NCBI GenBank assembly: GCA_951406725.2
Contig: OX597838.1
Span: 20,026,001 to 20,090,000 of the forward strand
Source: Octopus vulgaris
Taxonomy: Eukaryota
Direction of reading: 5' to 3'
DNA length: 64,000 nt
The notes beneath the pieces were generated by a model. It saw only the letters and a program-made list of their open reading frames with translations. It was not told the origin of the DNA and did no database searches. Below, one piece after another: positions 49,585-63,300 of this stretch. The translations under genes were made by a program, and so were the position numbers. Positions within the stretch are counted from its first letter, which is position 1; the number at the start of each line of letters is the position of its first letter.

Positions 49585-50449
49585 GGTGTTGTATTGTTCA
49601 TATTTTGAACAGCGTTTGGGAGGTCTTTATCACTTTTGTTATCAATATAACCTACTTTACCAGACAAAAATTCAGAAACATGTTTATCTGAATCAACCAA
49701 AGACAAGTCAGTTATTTTCTCTTTTTTTTTTTTTGCCTTTTACATTTTGTAAGTCTTCAAGTGTAATTACTTCATGTTAGAATTGCTACCTGATGAAACC
49801 ATATCGTTAATTACAAAGATATCAATCTCCACTTCGAATGTTGAGAAAAAACAAAAAAAAAACAAAACAAAAGAGTAAAAAAGTAAATAAAAAAAATACC
49901 TAACCAAGCACTGTTGAAAATATTGTATTTACAATTATATTTGGATGGAAATGGTTTCATTTTGCATTATCTCATAGCTTTGAGATTTCAATGTTGTGAT
50001 TTGCTATTTTTAGAATGATATTGTTGGGTAGGTGTGAGAGGCTGAATCAGACCAGTTTGAATGCAGGTACAATATTTGGGATGGATGTCTGGTTTAAATG
50101 CTAAAAGGTTAAAGGTTAAGCTTACACAGTTGTAGTTTTTGTATATTATAAGACAATGAAATAAGTACAAAACAAAACTTACAAAAATTTTTTTTTAAAA
50201 AGTATGTTTTTCTCAAAAGGTTATAAAGTAAAAACAATATGAAATAAATAAACTACAGACATGCTACAAACGATAAACAAGATATCTTAGTTTGCCAGTT
50301 CGAAACTCTTAACTACCTCAAAGTTTCTGAAACCAAAAGATTGAACACCAAAAAGCAACTTAAACCATCATTTTGAAAAATAGACAGTTGAGTAGATTTG
50401 AGTGACATAACAGATTAAGAAAGCCAATGAGGAGCCTCTACAGAAAGCA

Positions 50450-50880
50450 TTCAACCTGCTAGGGATAGCAGCCAAATCTTCCACGAATCAACCCTAGCAT
50501 CTTATAAAAAAAAAAAAGAGATATTGGATCATATGGTCCATATGCAGTACCTGGGATGAAAAGAATAAGTTGGTTACAGCTGGTATGCCTTTCATTGTGA
50601 TTGATCAAGTATTACCTAGGGCTACATAACAACAACTGATCAAGCAACTAATTAATTTTGCTTGGTAGATAAAAAAAACAAAAAAACTTCCATATGATGA
50701 ATTAACCTCCTAGAAATAGCAATTAAATCTCTCATGAATAACACACTATCTTATAAAAAAGAAGGACATTAGGTAACGTGGTTGTTATACACTACTAATA
50801 CACACACACCAAAACTTAGGATAGTCACAGCTGGAATGGCTTTGATCACAAATTTGCTCTATCAGAGCTAACCTAGAACT
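50450..50880 (+). repeat. Two copies of an unclassified ~190 bp dispersed repeat
   Basis: ATAGCAGCCAAATCT...GCTGGAATGCCTTT...AACAACAAC; further copies near 15240, 40140, 44230, 44430, 52140 and reversed near 790-960 and 45430-45600. Confidence 0.6.
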
Positions 50881-50979
50881 GACATTACTAAACTGCCTCA
50901 AAGGGCCTGCAAAAGCCATGGGTACAATTCTTTCCTCTAGTCATTGAAGTAACAAGATACAAAGTATATCACATCATAG

Positions 50980-51340
50980 TATAGATTTTAGAATTACCAG
51001 CACTACCAACATGTCTATTTGAATGACCAATACTGCAGACATGCCTTTTAGAGTTACCAATACTATTCAATGGATGTTAGAATCAACAATGCTATTGGTA
51101 TATCTATTAGAGCAAATAACACTACACTTCAGAGTGATCAATAATATAGATATGTCTATTAGAGGTATTGGCATATTTATTTAAGTTGGCAATGTTAGAT
51201 ACATGTCTATAAGAGCAGCCACTATAGATGTGTCTGTTAGAGCTATCAACAATATAGTATGTCTATTAAAACCACCAACATTATAGACACCAGCACTATT
51301 GCCAGACATAGAGCGACAAAAACTATGAGCATGTATATTA
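50980..51340. repeat. Degenerate ~30 bp minisatellite
   Basis: Recurring ATGTCTATTAGAG..ACCAA.ACTATAG unit. Confidence 0.65.
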
Positions 51341-52989
51341 AAGGAAAGAGGGAACAGTTAATTTAACTGGTTACAATACTTGATCAGTACTTATTTTAGT
51401 GACCCTGGAAGGATAAAAGACTAAGTCTACCTTGGCAAAATTTTAAGTCACCAGTAAAGTATTTTTATTTGCTATTATTTATGAAGGCAGAGTTGCTACT
51501 CTAGCAACTCTGATTTCTTAAATATCATAAGGGAACTCCAAATTATCATAGATTAAGATGTTAAACTGAATAACACCACTTATTACTGATGATTCATCAT
51601 CAGTCTTTGGCTGGCTGAGAAGGTCTTGCTATCAACAAATCAGCCATCTTTGGAGTCTACATGAATAACTTCTAAAATAAAGAAATATTAGATCATGACA
51701 GAGCAATAATCTTGCTTTGCTTCCAGATATCAAATTAATTCATATTTAAAAAAAGGCAATATCAAGTGTGTTCAGGCCTTAAGTAGAAGGTGCGCTCTAA
51801 AGTAAAGAAATACTCAGGAAGTCACTTCTCAAGATGTTTGGCTCCAAGCTAACACTTGACCAAGAAGTGGCAGTTTACTTTACATTATTAGACTTGTTTA
51901 ACCTTTTAGCAGTTAAACTGACCACATCTGGCCTGAATATGCTACCAGTTTTAAGTTCAAACTAGCCAGATCTGACCTCTCACACCTGCCCTGCAATGTC
52001 ATTCTAAAAGTAAACAATGACATCATTTGAAATCATGAAGCTACAAGATATGTGATTAATTCAAAACAATGTGAACAAATAAGTATAATATTTGATAAAG
52101 TTATCTGAATGCTCAGTGGTTAGACTACTGCAGTTACTCAAACTGCTTGAAATAGCAGTCAAATTTCTCACATAACACACTGCTCTGTTGTCTCAAAAAA
52201 AGGGAAAGGTACATGGGACAGTGTTATATTTTAGACATATGAAAAAACAGGCTGGTTGTGACTGACGACCTTTCACCTTAGACATACTTGATCGAGTCTG
52301 ATTTGGTTTTAACAACAACAGAAAAATGGCAATGAAGATTTTCATGCCTGCATCTGCTGGATGAATTTTCAAAATGGTCTCACTCCTATCATATCTGACA
52401 ATGATAATTTCTCTCTTTTATGAATTAGATTGGTTCTTATCGCCTAATATCAGGCTTGATAACAGATAACACTTTCTACCTTGGACCATCATCAGATATT
52501 ATTAACACTTTTGTTGATACCAGCACAATTGAAGAGATTTAAGCATTAAAAACTTTACACTTGTTTATGACCTTCCCAGGAAAAGTGAGTGAAGAAAATG
52601 GAAGGCTGGACAATATGTGAAAGAGCTCTTGGCATAATTTTATATAATAAAGGTAAAATAATCACTTCATTAAAACAAAAATAACACTTTGTAATATAAA
52701 ACCTCCAAATAAAGCAGCAATACACAAAATTATCATGTTTACAAATGATTGACTGGTTATAGAAAGCATTTGACAGACTAAAACACCAAAGATAAACAAA
52801 TGTCTATCAGCAGTGGTAAGAAGTGAATGAGAGAAAATATCAGATTTTAAAAGTAAGGAGTTAGGCAAGGCAATGTACAATCTCCAAGCCTATTTAAGCA
52901 ATACATTAAGATAATGCTTTATTTTACTTATAATGGAGATGATTTTAAAAACACATAACTACAGTAAATTATAAAAGAATGTCCAATAG

Positions 52990-53512
52990 AATAGAAATAT
53001 ATCTTAAGTCAATAGTAATCAGCAAGAAACAACAGTTACCAAAAATATACATCACTAATAAGGATAAACAAATTGAACAGATACCAAAGAGTAATATACC
53101 AGGGATATACGGAATCAGGAAAAGAGAAACGTGAAACAGAAGTCAAATGAAAGATTGAGATAGCCAGGAAGTTTTAAAAGAATTTCAAACATTAACCCAA
53201 AGAAACATAATATCAAAACCAGATTATTAACATGTAATGTTTGGACTGCTCTTGTATATGGAGTTGAAACACGGACATTAGAAATCTTTGAGAATATCAT
53301 GGACAGAGCATCAAAGCAATGCTGATGAATCGAGAATTCAAAAATTAAGAAAATTTTATTAAACATCATCAAAGATAGAAAACTAAAATATTTTGGACAC
53401 TTAATTGGAAAAAATGGATTACGAATGTTGTTTATAAAAGATAAAATGAAAGAGAAAAGAGAAAGAGAAAAAATAAGAATTACATGAAAGAATAATATCA
53501 AGAATTGCACAA
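52990..53512 (+). mobile_element. RTE-clade LINE ORF remnant
   Basis: Decayed peptides KTRLLTCNVWTALVYGVET and LNIIKDRKLKYFGHLI, typical of the post-RT region. Confidence 0.75.
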
Positions 53513-54939
53513 GTTTAACCCTTCAGCATTCAGATTACTCTGTCAAATGTAATACTTATTTATTCCACAGAGGCAATGACGAAAGACGGAGACCTCTGGA
53601 GATACGCTGTGACTGAGAAGACCTGGCAAATAAAGTGAGTTCACACCAGTGTTGCATAACCAGCCCACTCAAAAAGTACCCAGAGAGACTGTCCAAAATA
53701 AGGAAGATAAGAAAAATCCCTTTTCCCCAGTAGTATGCAGTAGACAATGAAAATGCAAGAAAGATATATTATTGAGAATAAATACTCAGCTGGGGTATGA
53801 TGTATACAATGAACATCTATGTGGTTGTATGGTGTATTCAGTAGACTAAAAATACCTGATTAGTATAGGGTATTTGTATTTACTTATATAAGTACATCTG
53901 GTTAATGTATGCATTACATACAATTATACAAAGAATGTCTGACTGATAGAGAAATAAATTTCCCATGGATTAAATTACATTTAAATCTGCAATCTCAGCT
54001 GAAAAGTGTTGCCTCCAGAATAACCAGAGAGTTGTGGTGGTGGTGGTGGTGGTGGTGGGGACAGTGAGCGCAGGTAGGAGAATTAAGAATTGGAGAATGA
54101 AGGAGTATGTAGAAGAAAAGAGAGCAAATGAGCAGGTTGAAGAAAGAGACAATGAATGAGTGGATTGAAGACCAAGTAAGCGAGTAAGAAGTAGAAGAAT
54201 GAGAGAAAGAGAGAGAGAGTAGGTGGAAGACAAGAGATTGCAGATTTAAATGTAAGTTGATGTTGAGGAACTTAATTCTATATCAGTCAGACATTTCTTT
54301 GTATAATGAAAGATTTTAAAAATCATAAAAGACTAAGCAATGAAAGAAAAATAGCACCAGAAGAATAAAAAAAAAGGCAGATTGAAAGTGTGAAATATGA
54401 CAATATAGCTGAGAGTAAGAGGGGGGGGGGAGAATGTGTGTGTGTGTGCGCATGTAAGAAGTGACATAAAATGTGAATAAAAGCGTATGGGAAAATGTCA
54501 TGAGAGAAGAGGTAAGAGAAAAATGGAGTGGGAAAGAGTAAGAGAGTGCATAGGGATATAAACAAGCTATGATTGTTTAATTATATATAAAAGTGACAAA
54601 ACCCAGATTTGAGAAACATGAAAAGAATCAACAGAGAGAAGTGGGGAATATTGAAAAACAAAAACAAAACAAAAAAACTATATATACATCATCATCATCA
54701 TTTAACATCCGTCTTCCATGCTAGCATGGGTTGGATGGTTCGACCGGGGTCTGGGAAGCCAGGAGGCTGCACCAGGCTCCAGTCTAATCTGGCAGTGTTT
54801 CTACAGCTGGATGCTCTTCCTAACGCCAAACACTCCGTGAGTGTAGTGGGTGCTTTTCACGTGCCACCAGCACAGGCTGGCATCGACCACGTTTGGATGG
54901 TGCTTTTTACGTGCCATATATATATATAACCCATACAGG

Positions 54940-57900
54940 CAGTTAGAGGAAGTATTTGCTCTTGAACCAATCAATTTCATATCCAGAAGTGTTTGACCCT
55001 AATAGCAAGAACCTTTGCCAAGGAAAGTCTACTAAGCAACGAGTAAAGCTAGAGCGAAAAAACTGCAACAATTGTGGACCAATACATTCTTCTAGGTCTT
55101 GTCCTGCATATGTGAAGAAATACGTTAGTAGTGCTAAATTAGGTTACTTCAGTAATTACTGCAAGTCAAAAGCACTGTATTCAACTAAATCTTTCCATAA
55201 TGTTAATGTTAAGAGTATAAATTGTAAGCAGTCTGATGATGACTGAGAAGAAATCCCATCAAGCCAAGTGAAACCGTAGTCATGGCAGATATTGGTATCA
55301 TACAAACAGGTACCCATGCCAGTGGCACGTAAAAGCACCCACTGCACTCTCATAGTGTTTGGCGCTAGGAAGAGCATCCAGTCGTAGAAACCATGCCAAA
55401 TCAGACTCGAGTCTGGTGCAGCCCCCTCACCTTACAAGCCCTGGTCAAACCATCCAACCCATGCCAGCATGGACAACAGACGCAAAATGATGATAATTCA
55501 TGTCAGCTTAATTATCAACTGAATGGATGCCCAGTTCAAATGAAATTTGGTTCTGGTGCAGTAGGCTTAATTAATCACTTCTGCTTCACTGTTAGTTACC
55601 AAAGTAACCATTAATTATCAAACCTACTAATTGAGATTAACTTCTTTTAATGGTTCGAAATTAGAAGTAGTAGGCTCTACAATAGGTTTAATCTCTAAAG
55701 GGGATTAAAAAACAGCTCTTCAGCCTTGCTGTGGCCAACTTTGGATTAATTAACACAGACAATCTGAAAGGTACATCATATTACTATATTTACGAATGTT
55801 ACTGTCAATAAAAGGCAATAACAAAATGAAATTTCACTTTCATGTACAATTAAAAATAAAATTTGTTTGACATGACCACTTCCATTACATATACAAAAGG
55901 AGGTAGAAAATGGAGTTTACAATCTATCTGTGAGTAATGTTCAAATGAAATATAAATCACAAAAAGTCTTATTGAAACCTTCAAACTAAATTGATCATTT
56001 CCAGTTAGAAGTTGGCAATGAAATATTTTACTTTATCACAATAATGGAAACTGAATTTTATACCAATTGTTTGAGTGTGCTAGAAAAATGCTAAGTTACA
56101 AAGTGTATTTGACTCTTTTTACTATTTAAACTAACAAAATCTGGCATTTTACATCTACCCTACAATGTCATTCTAAAAATGAACAATCACTGCATGATTA
56201 ATTAAAAACACAATGTGAATAAATAGGCATTACAGTTGACAGAGTAATTTGATTGCAAAAGGGTTAACCCTTTCGTTACTGTATTTATTTTGAGATGCTC
56301 TGTGTTTCTTTCAATTACTTTAAATATAACAAAGAATTTAGTGAAATAACTTAGTTATCATTCAGCTAGTGTTAGGAACATAAATTGTGACTAAAGTTTG
56401 GTGGAAAATTTTAATTCAGAACTTATGAAAACAAGACATTTGTACTACAGAGCCAGAGGCAGTTTCAGCCAGGTTGGTATCAAAAGGGTTAAACAATACG
56501 ATTCAAACTTTTTCTTATCCATCTCCTTATCTTGAAATAATATTCAGTAATATGCAAGAAGTAGAATAACTTAGCATGCCAACAAGCAGATCAGTTTGGA
56601 TGAGGACCATTAAGCGATTATGTGAAATAAATACAAGCTATGATCTTTACAACAGATTTTTGATGGGTGTCAAAAATAACAGCTTCATTTTCCAGATGGC
56701 ATACCCATCTTTGTCGGAACAGAATAAAGAGAAGATTCATGAAAATGCTGTTTGTGTTACAGTGAAAGGAGCTAATACATTAATCAACCCAAATGAACGC
56801 ATTTGTCAAATATCTTCCATATATTAGAAATTTTAAAGGATGGTATCAAATCAATAAGATTGAACAAATTAGAGTTCCTAAATAAAAAAATATTTGAGAT
56901 CGACAAATTATTACTACTAAATATTTGCAGTTAAACCTTTTCTTTCAGTAGAAAGGCATGTATTTACTTGTAGAATGCATAAAAAAAGATGGCCGTTAAG
57001 GAGACAAAAGATTTTCTTGACGATGATGACAGTATTGAGTGTGAAACAATTCTTACTGCTGATACTTCTGAATTTGCAGCAGCAGGAAGAATGTCTCAGA
57101 TGGGAAAGTCTATAGCATAAGTTTATCATATATGAAACAGTACTCAGAGAAGCTGGAACAATAATGAGTGGAAGACAAAAACTTTCTTTAGGTGAAATCT
57201 CAGATACTAGAGATTTATTAAGAAAGGAGAAAAGCCTAAATTTCATATGCAGTTCATAGTTTGTGCTCAACAGCTGTTTCAATAAGATAAACGTGAAATG
57301 TTTTATCTCTTTCTTGTTTACCATCACAGAGGAGGTGCATAATTGGAGAGGGAACTCAGAAGCCACAATGATATAACAACTAAAGTAACTTACTAGTGAG
57401 CAGGTAGTAGAATGAAGAATTATAGAACAATTCATATTTTTAAAAGATCTTGGTGTTTCCACATAAGTTTTTTTAGCGGGCCTACCTATTATCACAATGA
57501 CTTCAAAACAATTCACAAGCCTGGTAAAACCATCAGTCTTGTTAATACTCTTAGTAGACTAAAATCATTTGTTCTTTCCTGTCTTGCAAGTTACTTGGCA
57601 ATCCCACTAGTGTTGCTGGCATGAAAAAAATTATCTAGTACACACTGTAAAGTGGTTGGCATTAGGAAGGGCATCCAGCCATGAAAAAAGAAAAAAACTA
57701 TACCAAAGTTGACATGGAGTACAAATACAGCCCTATGGCTCAATAGATTCTGTTAAACTGTCCAACCCAAGCCAGTTTGGAAAACAGACATTTAAGGATG
57801 ATGAAGTAATGGTGAATTAATTTTTGCTGGATCACAGACAGTTGAAGATATCAAAAATCATTTCTACACATGTATTGTTTATATTTGCTAAAATAATTGC

Positions 57901-58560
57901 ATTGTTGGAAAGTTTGGTTGAGACTAGCTCTTTCATCAATTTGGCAGACATTCATCTGAACTAACTGCAGAGAATGATCTTTAAGTCAATGAAAAGGAGC
58001 CATTTACTCCTGAACCTTATTATGAGAAAGTTCTTTTCACAATTTGTAACACATATGAGATTGTTTATGGTGGCCTAATTTTGGTAGACATATTGACAAT
58101 TTTTTCAGATTTTGTGACATGAGAGCTAAATTCAGATTAAAAGAACTTCCTTGAACTGATTATTTCACATAGACTGGAGATAAGTATGAAATACTGAAAA
58201 TGTATAGACTATAGTTGATTCAGTCACTACTTGGATTAATGTTCCAGTAGGCATTTGGAAACATTAGAAATGTCTATTTTCATCTTTTCTAGACTTGATG
58301 TTCCAATCACAGTGGACATTGGACTAGATTTCATTCGATTAAAGAACTGCATAGATTGATCTGGTTGCAATACCAATCTATAGTCTACTCTGTAGATCTG
58401 GACAACCAATAAAGCCCAAACTATGGTCCAAATCTATTGGTGCAACAGAAAGAGCTGAGCAAACAATCATGTCTATATTAAAGAATTTACAGCCCATCAA
58501 CTGTAATACTTAATGAAACGAGAGTTTACTAACGATTTTTTTCAATTGCTCTAAAGCTAC
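54940..58560 (+). mobile_element. Heavily decayed Ty3/Gypsy gag-pol remnant, interrupted by younger repeats
   Basis: Gag knuckle CNNCGPIHSSRSCPAY...LGYFSNYCKSK (~55063-55170); protease-like VQMKFGSGA (~55533); RNase H end YHNDFKTIHKPGKTISLVNTLSRL (~57488-57560), in canonical order. Confidence 0.6.
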
Positions 58561-59640
58561 CACTTGATCATGAGGTCACATGAGAAGCCAGTGGCATAAG
58601 CCTCTTAATAACATTATTACAATTACCAGATGTGCTTTGAGAAGGATATAAGCAGCTATTTGTTTAATTGATGTCAAATGAGCTTTGTCATTTACATATT
58701 TTATCCCGGCTGTGTTTCTGCCAGCATAAATCAAATAATGTGCATCTGCAGCAAGTAAAATTTCCCACAATATTGTTCTTGTAATAAATATATCATTTGT
58801 CCAACCTCATAAAATGGTTTCTGACAGGTCAACATCAATTTCTCCAACCAATACTGCAACAATTTCCAACACCTCACATACGTTAATGCTATTAAATCAT
58901 ACTAATCCTTACAGTAACTTACGTACTGACACACCATCACAGAGGATGGTGCAGAATTAGAGAAGGAACTCAGAAATCACAATGATAATAACAACTAATG
59001 TGATTTACTAGTAAGCAGGTATAGTAAGTAGAATGGAGAATTGCAGAACAAGTGAGAAGGTGGATGAATGAGGTGTCAGAGAACAAGTGGAAAGAATGAA
59101 GAATTCTTGAAGACTGAATGAGGAAGTAGAATGGTGAAGCTGAGGACAAGTGGAAAATATGGAAAATGTAAGGTAGGGGGGAGTTAAAATGAAGGGATAA
59201 ATATCAATAAAGGATGAAGACAAGTGGTGAAAGGAAAACAATCAGAAAAAAAAGACAGATTGAGAATTAAGAAATCTAAGATAGTTTGAGTGACAGTGAG
59301 AGAGGATCATAAATAAAAGTAAAATAAAATGTGAATAAAAATGTGGGAGAATGTCATGAAAAAGAGACTTAAAGAGAACAATAAGGGATGGTAGTTGCAA
59401 AGCAGTGTACAGAGAGGGAAATAACAAAAGACTGTATAGAGATAGACAAAATAGGAGTGTTTAATGAGATAAAAGTGACAAGACCTCAGTGTTTATTTAA
59501 ATAAAAATGATTATTTATATAGCAGTCACAAGGCATGAATGTTTAGTGATACAGGGCAATACAGACTTCAGAGTCATGAAGGGACAAAGTGGAGTAAAAA
59601 TATTGAAAAGATAAGATAGGGGTGTATGTGTGCGTGTTTG

Positions 59641-60632
59641 TGTATATATTATTGACAGCACGTACTCAATGTATGTGTTTTGTTTGACTCTCTCATTGCA
59701 CTGGGTGTTGTTAAAACACCTGAAAGTCACAGAAAGGTGAGACAACTTGCTCCAGATCTCATTTGGAAGTGATGGATACCAATATTTTGCCATTTTTGTG
59801 GCCTATCAACATCACGTACATTATTTGAACCAGGAATGAACTAGTTAATATATATATATATATAGTTAATCCAAACATGAAAACACAACAACGTGAGGAC
59901 GTGGAACAAGTATAGTGTTATTCGACGCTCAGGAAAGGAAAGAAAGAAGGAGGATTTAACATTTCGAGCGGAGCTCTTCATCAGAAACAGAGAAAAAGGA
60001 AAGATCCAAGAAAGGGAAGATGGAGGGGAAAAAAATCGCCAACGATACACACAAAACATTTTTTGCTCATATGCCACAATAATGCATAATTAAGATTAAA
60101 TTCAGTAATGAATGAAAAGCTGTGCTAGTGTTGTAAACACTAGCGCTTTAGAGTTTTAACACCCAGTGCAACGAGGAAGGCGTTCTTCAGGCATTTTACC
60201 ACGGTGAACAAACAGAACACATACATTGAGGATGTATGATTGATAATGTTTATAGCATTAGTGCTGCTTTTAATTCGTTACTGAATTTAATCTTATGTAT
60301 GCATCATTGAGGCATACCGACAAATCGTTTTCATGTTATTTATATATAGTCATAGACTGGCGATTCAGTATGCCCTTGGTTTGATTCAGGTACACGGTGT
60401 TGATAAGCCACAAATATGGCTAAATATCAGTATTCGTCAATCCCGAATGGGATCTGGGGCAAGTTGTCTCACCTATCTATAATTTTCAGGCTTTTTAACA
60501 CCCAGTGCAATGAGACAGTCAACTTACAGGTGCTTTACCACAGCAAACCAGCAAACAAACAAAACACATACATCAAGTGTGTGTAGTCAATAATGTTTAC
60601 AACACTAGCACTGCTTTCATTTCGTTAATGAA
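59641..60632. repeat. ~340 bp unit present as one inverted plus ~1.4 direct copies
   Basis: 59683-59835 inverts 60374-60523; 60062-60140 inverts 60246-60324; 60153-60290 repeats at 60493-60632. Confidence 0.75.
59865..60053 (-). mobile_element. Dispersed repeat containing a minimal type I hammerhead ribozyme motif (59954-59988)
   Basis: Minus strand reads GUUU-CUGAUGA-A-GAGC-UCC-GCUC-GAAA-UG-UU-AAAU. Confidence 0.6.
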
Positions 60633-60878
60633 TGAATAATTCCGTGCCGGTGGCACGTAAAAAGCACCGTCCGATCGTGGCCGTTTGCCAGCCTCGTCTG
60701 GCACAAAAAAGCACCCACTACACTCATGGAGTGGTTGGCGTTAGGAAGGGCATCCAGCTGTAGAAACATTGTCAGATCAGACTGGGCTTGGTGCAGCCTT
60801 CTGGCTTCCCAGACCCCAGTTGCACCATCCAACCCATACCAGCATGAAAGCAGACGCTAAACGATGATGATGATGATG

Positions 60879-60920
<42 letters not shown>

Positions 60921-62879
60921 GTATAAAAATCAAAAGATAAATTCATAGTAATCAAGAGCTCAATTAATTACAAGTCATTAAACTTGAACATGTTATTACA
61001 CAGCAGCATACGTATGAATAATGAGCTAAAACAATCTTTAAGAGCAACATGTTTAGCATAGAAGGATAAAAGCATAAATTTCACATATAGTTCGTACTTT
61101 AATTGTGCACAACAGTTGCTTCTTTAAGATATCATTCTATGTATAATTAGATAAGGGTGATACATAATTAATCTAAACTAACTGTGCATCACAATTAGGT
61201 AACAATACATTTAATGTTTATCTTACCGAAACAGCTGTTGAGCACAAAGGATGAACTATATATGAATTTTATGCTTTTATCTAGCACCTATTAACCTAGT
61301 TACAGATTGAAGGGTTGTAAATCTATATACCAGCGATAATAGCACTTCAGTAGATAATAGTTCTGAAACCAGAGAAATACTATTATCACTAGTATGTAAA
61401 TTTACAACCCCTTCATTTTTAACTAGTTTGATAAGTGCTAATGCACGAGTCACTCTGTTGCTTCTGCTAAATATTAATAAAAAGATATGTATATATACAC
61501 ACACACACACATACATACACTCATGTTTTTGAGTTCTTTTTTCCTGTTTTCATCATCAAACCTATATATATATAGGCCTAGTGGTTAAGAGTTTGCTAAC
61601 TGGTTTTGATTTCCAAACTGAGCAGTACATTGTGTTCTTGAGCAAAACACTTCATTTCACATTGCTCCTGTCCACTCACCAGTATATGAGTTAACCTGCA
61701 ACTGACTGGCATCCAATTTGGAGGGAATGTTGCGATCTCAATCACTTATATGCCTTAGGCCTGCCTACCTAGCCAGCAGGGTGGCATCATTTGAAGTCTA
61801 CAACATTGTGACAAACGGTGTGTAACAACATCCAACAGATAGTCAATACATTTAATGAAATGTATCAATTGATACATTATCCTGAAACAGCTGTTGTGCA
61901 CAGGATTAATAAAACATTACACAAAATATGCTATGGTGTTTAATCACAGCATTTTACTTTGGGGTTAAATATGTCCCTAGTTGAATTTGTCTTTCTTTGT
62001 TCCAAACTAGTAAACAAAATTACTGAGAGCTGATGAACAAAATTAAAACCCTTAAAGATAGCGGCCCAGCATGGGCCACTGTCATGACAGAAACCAGTGA
62101 AAGAGACATGAAGAGGTAGCAGTACAGGAAGGGAATAAATACAAATGAAAGGTGGAGTTGGGGGAGGAGGTTACTTTTGGTCTCTGTCATTAATAACTAT
62201 GGATGAGGGTCCTAGACGCCCACGCTGCTGAAACAGTGTCGTCTGTGAAGTTGGGCACTTCCAATATAGGGTGCTTGACAGGATTAAAATCTGGGTTGTA
62301 TGGTACAAAGGACAGATAGTTTTTCCTATATATAGTGTCCCTCACACTTCATGTCACTACTGGATCCAACAGAATAGCATGACCATTACAATTTAGCACC
62401 AGCATGACCACAGGAGCTGCCAGAATAAGGTTGTAAACACTGTTAGACTGCCTCAGGGTTTACTCCCAAAGCTTTTCCCATGACCTGGGTATTGTCACAA
62501 AGCTGCAGAGGCTCGGAATCAAGGCTTTTTTCCCTGAGAAAAGTTGCCCCTTCCCATCCTCACCCCAGGTAACAAAATCTATGTGACTGAATGACTTGCT
62601 AATTAACCCACAGCAGGGACCCTAGGTTAGGTCAAGGTAGACTTGGGAACAATAGTAGCTAAGAGGTGGTTTGACTTCCTCAAAATCTCAGAACTCCCAA
62701 ACCAGGGCCCTGCAACTGAATGCAGTTTAAAGGAGGAGATAGAAATTAGGACAGTGTCACCAATAAATAGATAACTTAAAGGTAGTGGATGATAAATTTG
62801 GAAGGCAGAAAGTTAGCATAAATATATATGAAGAAATGGTACTTCAATAGAAGAGGAATTAGAACAAAAGAATATGGTA

Positions 62880-63300
62880 AGAGAAGATAATGCAATCATA
62901 GAATGAGAGTGTGAGGTGATAGGACAAAAGAATATGTGGTAATAGGACAAGATGTGATAATACAAGAGAATGTGAAAATAGTACAAGACATGATATAAAA
63001 GAAAATGGTAGAAGAAGAGTTTGTGATAGCAGAAACATAAGGTGATAGAATTTGAATTTTGTGAAAATAGGACAAGATGTGATGGTAGAGCAAGGCAGTG
63101 TTGTGATAGAAGAGTGAGACAATAGGACAAGATGTGGTGATAGGATAAGAGGGTGTGGTGGGAGGTCAAGCAGACATGATGATGGGACACAAGATATGGA
63201 GAAAGGGTGAGAGGACAATAGGACATGATGATAAGGACAAGATTTGATAGATCAAGAGAATATTGCGATAGGATTAAAATTATGACAATGAGTTAATCCA
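62880..63300. repeat. Degenerate ~18 bp purine-rich tandem repeat
   Basis: Recurring GATAGGACAAGATGTGGT-like unit. Confidence 0.7.

Noticed and set aside
62240-62320. Peptide VKLGTSNIGCLTG resembling the start of a LINE AP endonuclease
   Set aside because: A single short motif with no downstream endonuclease motifs.
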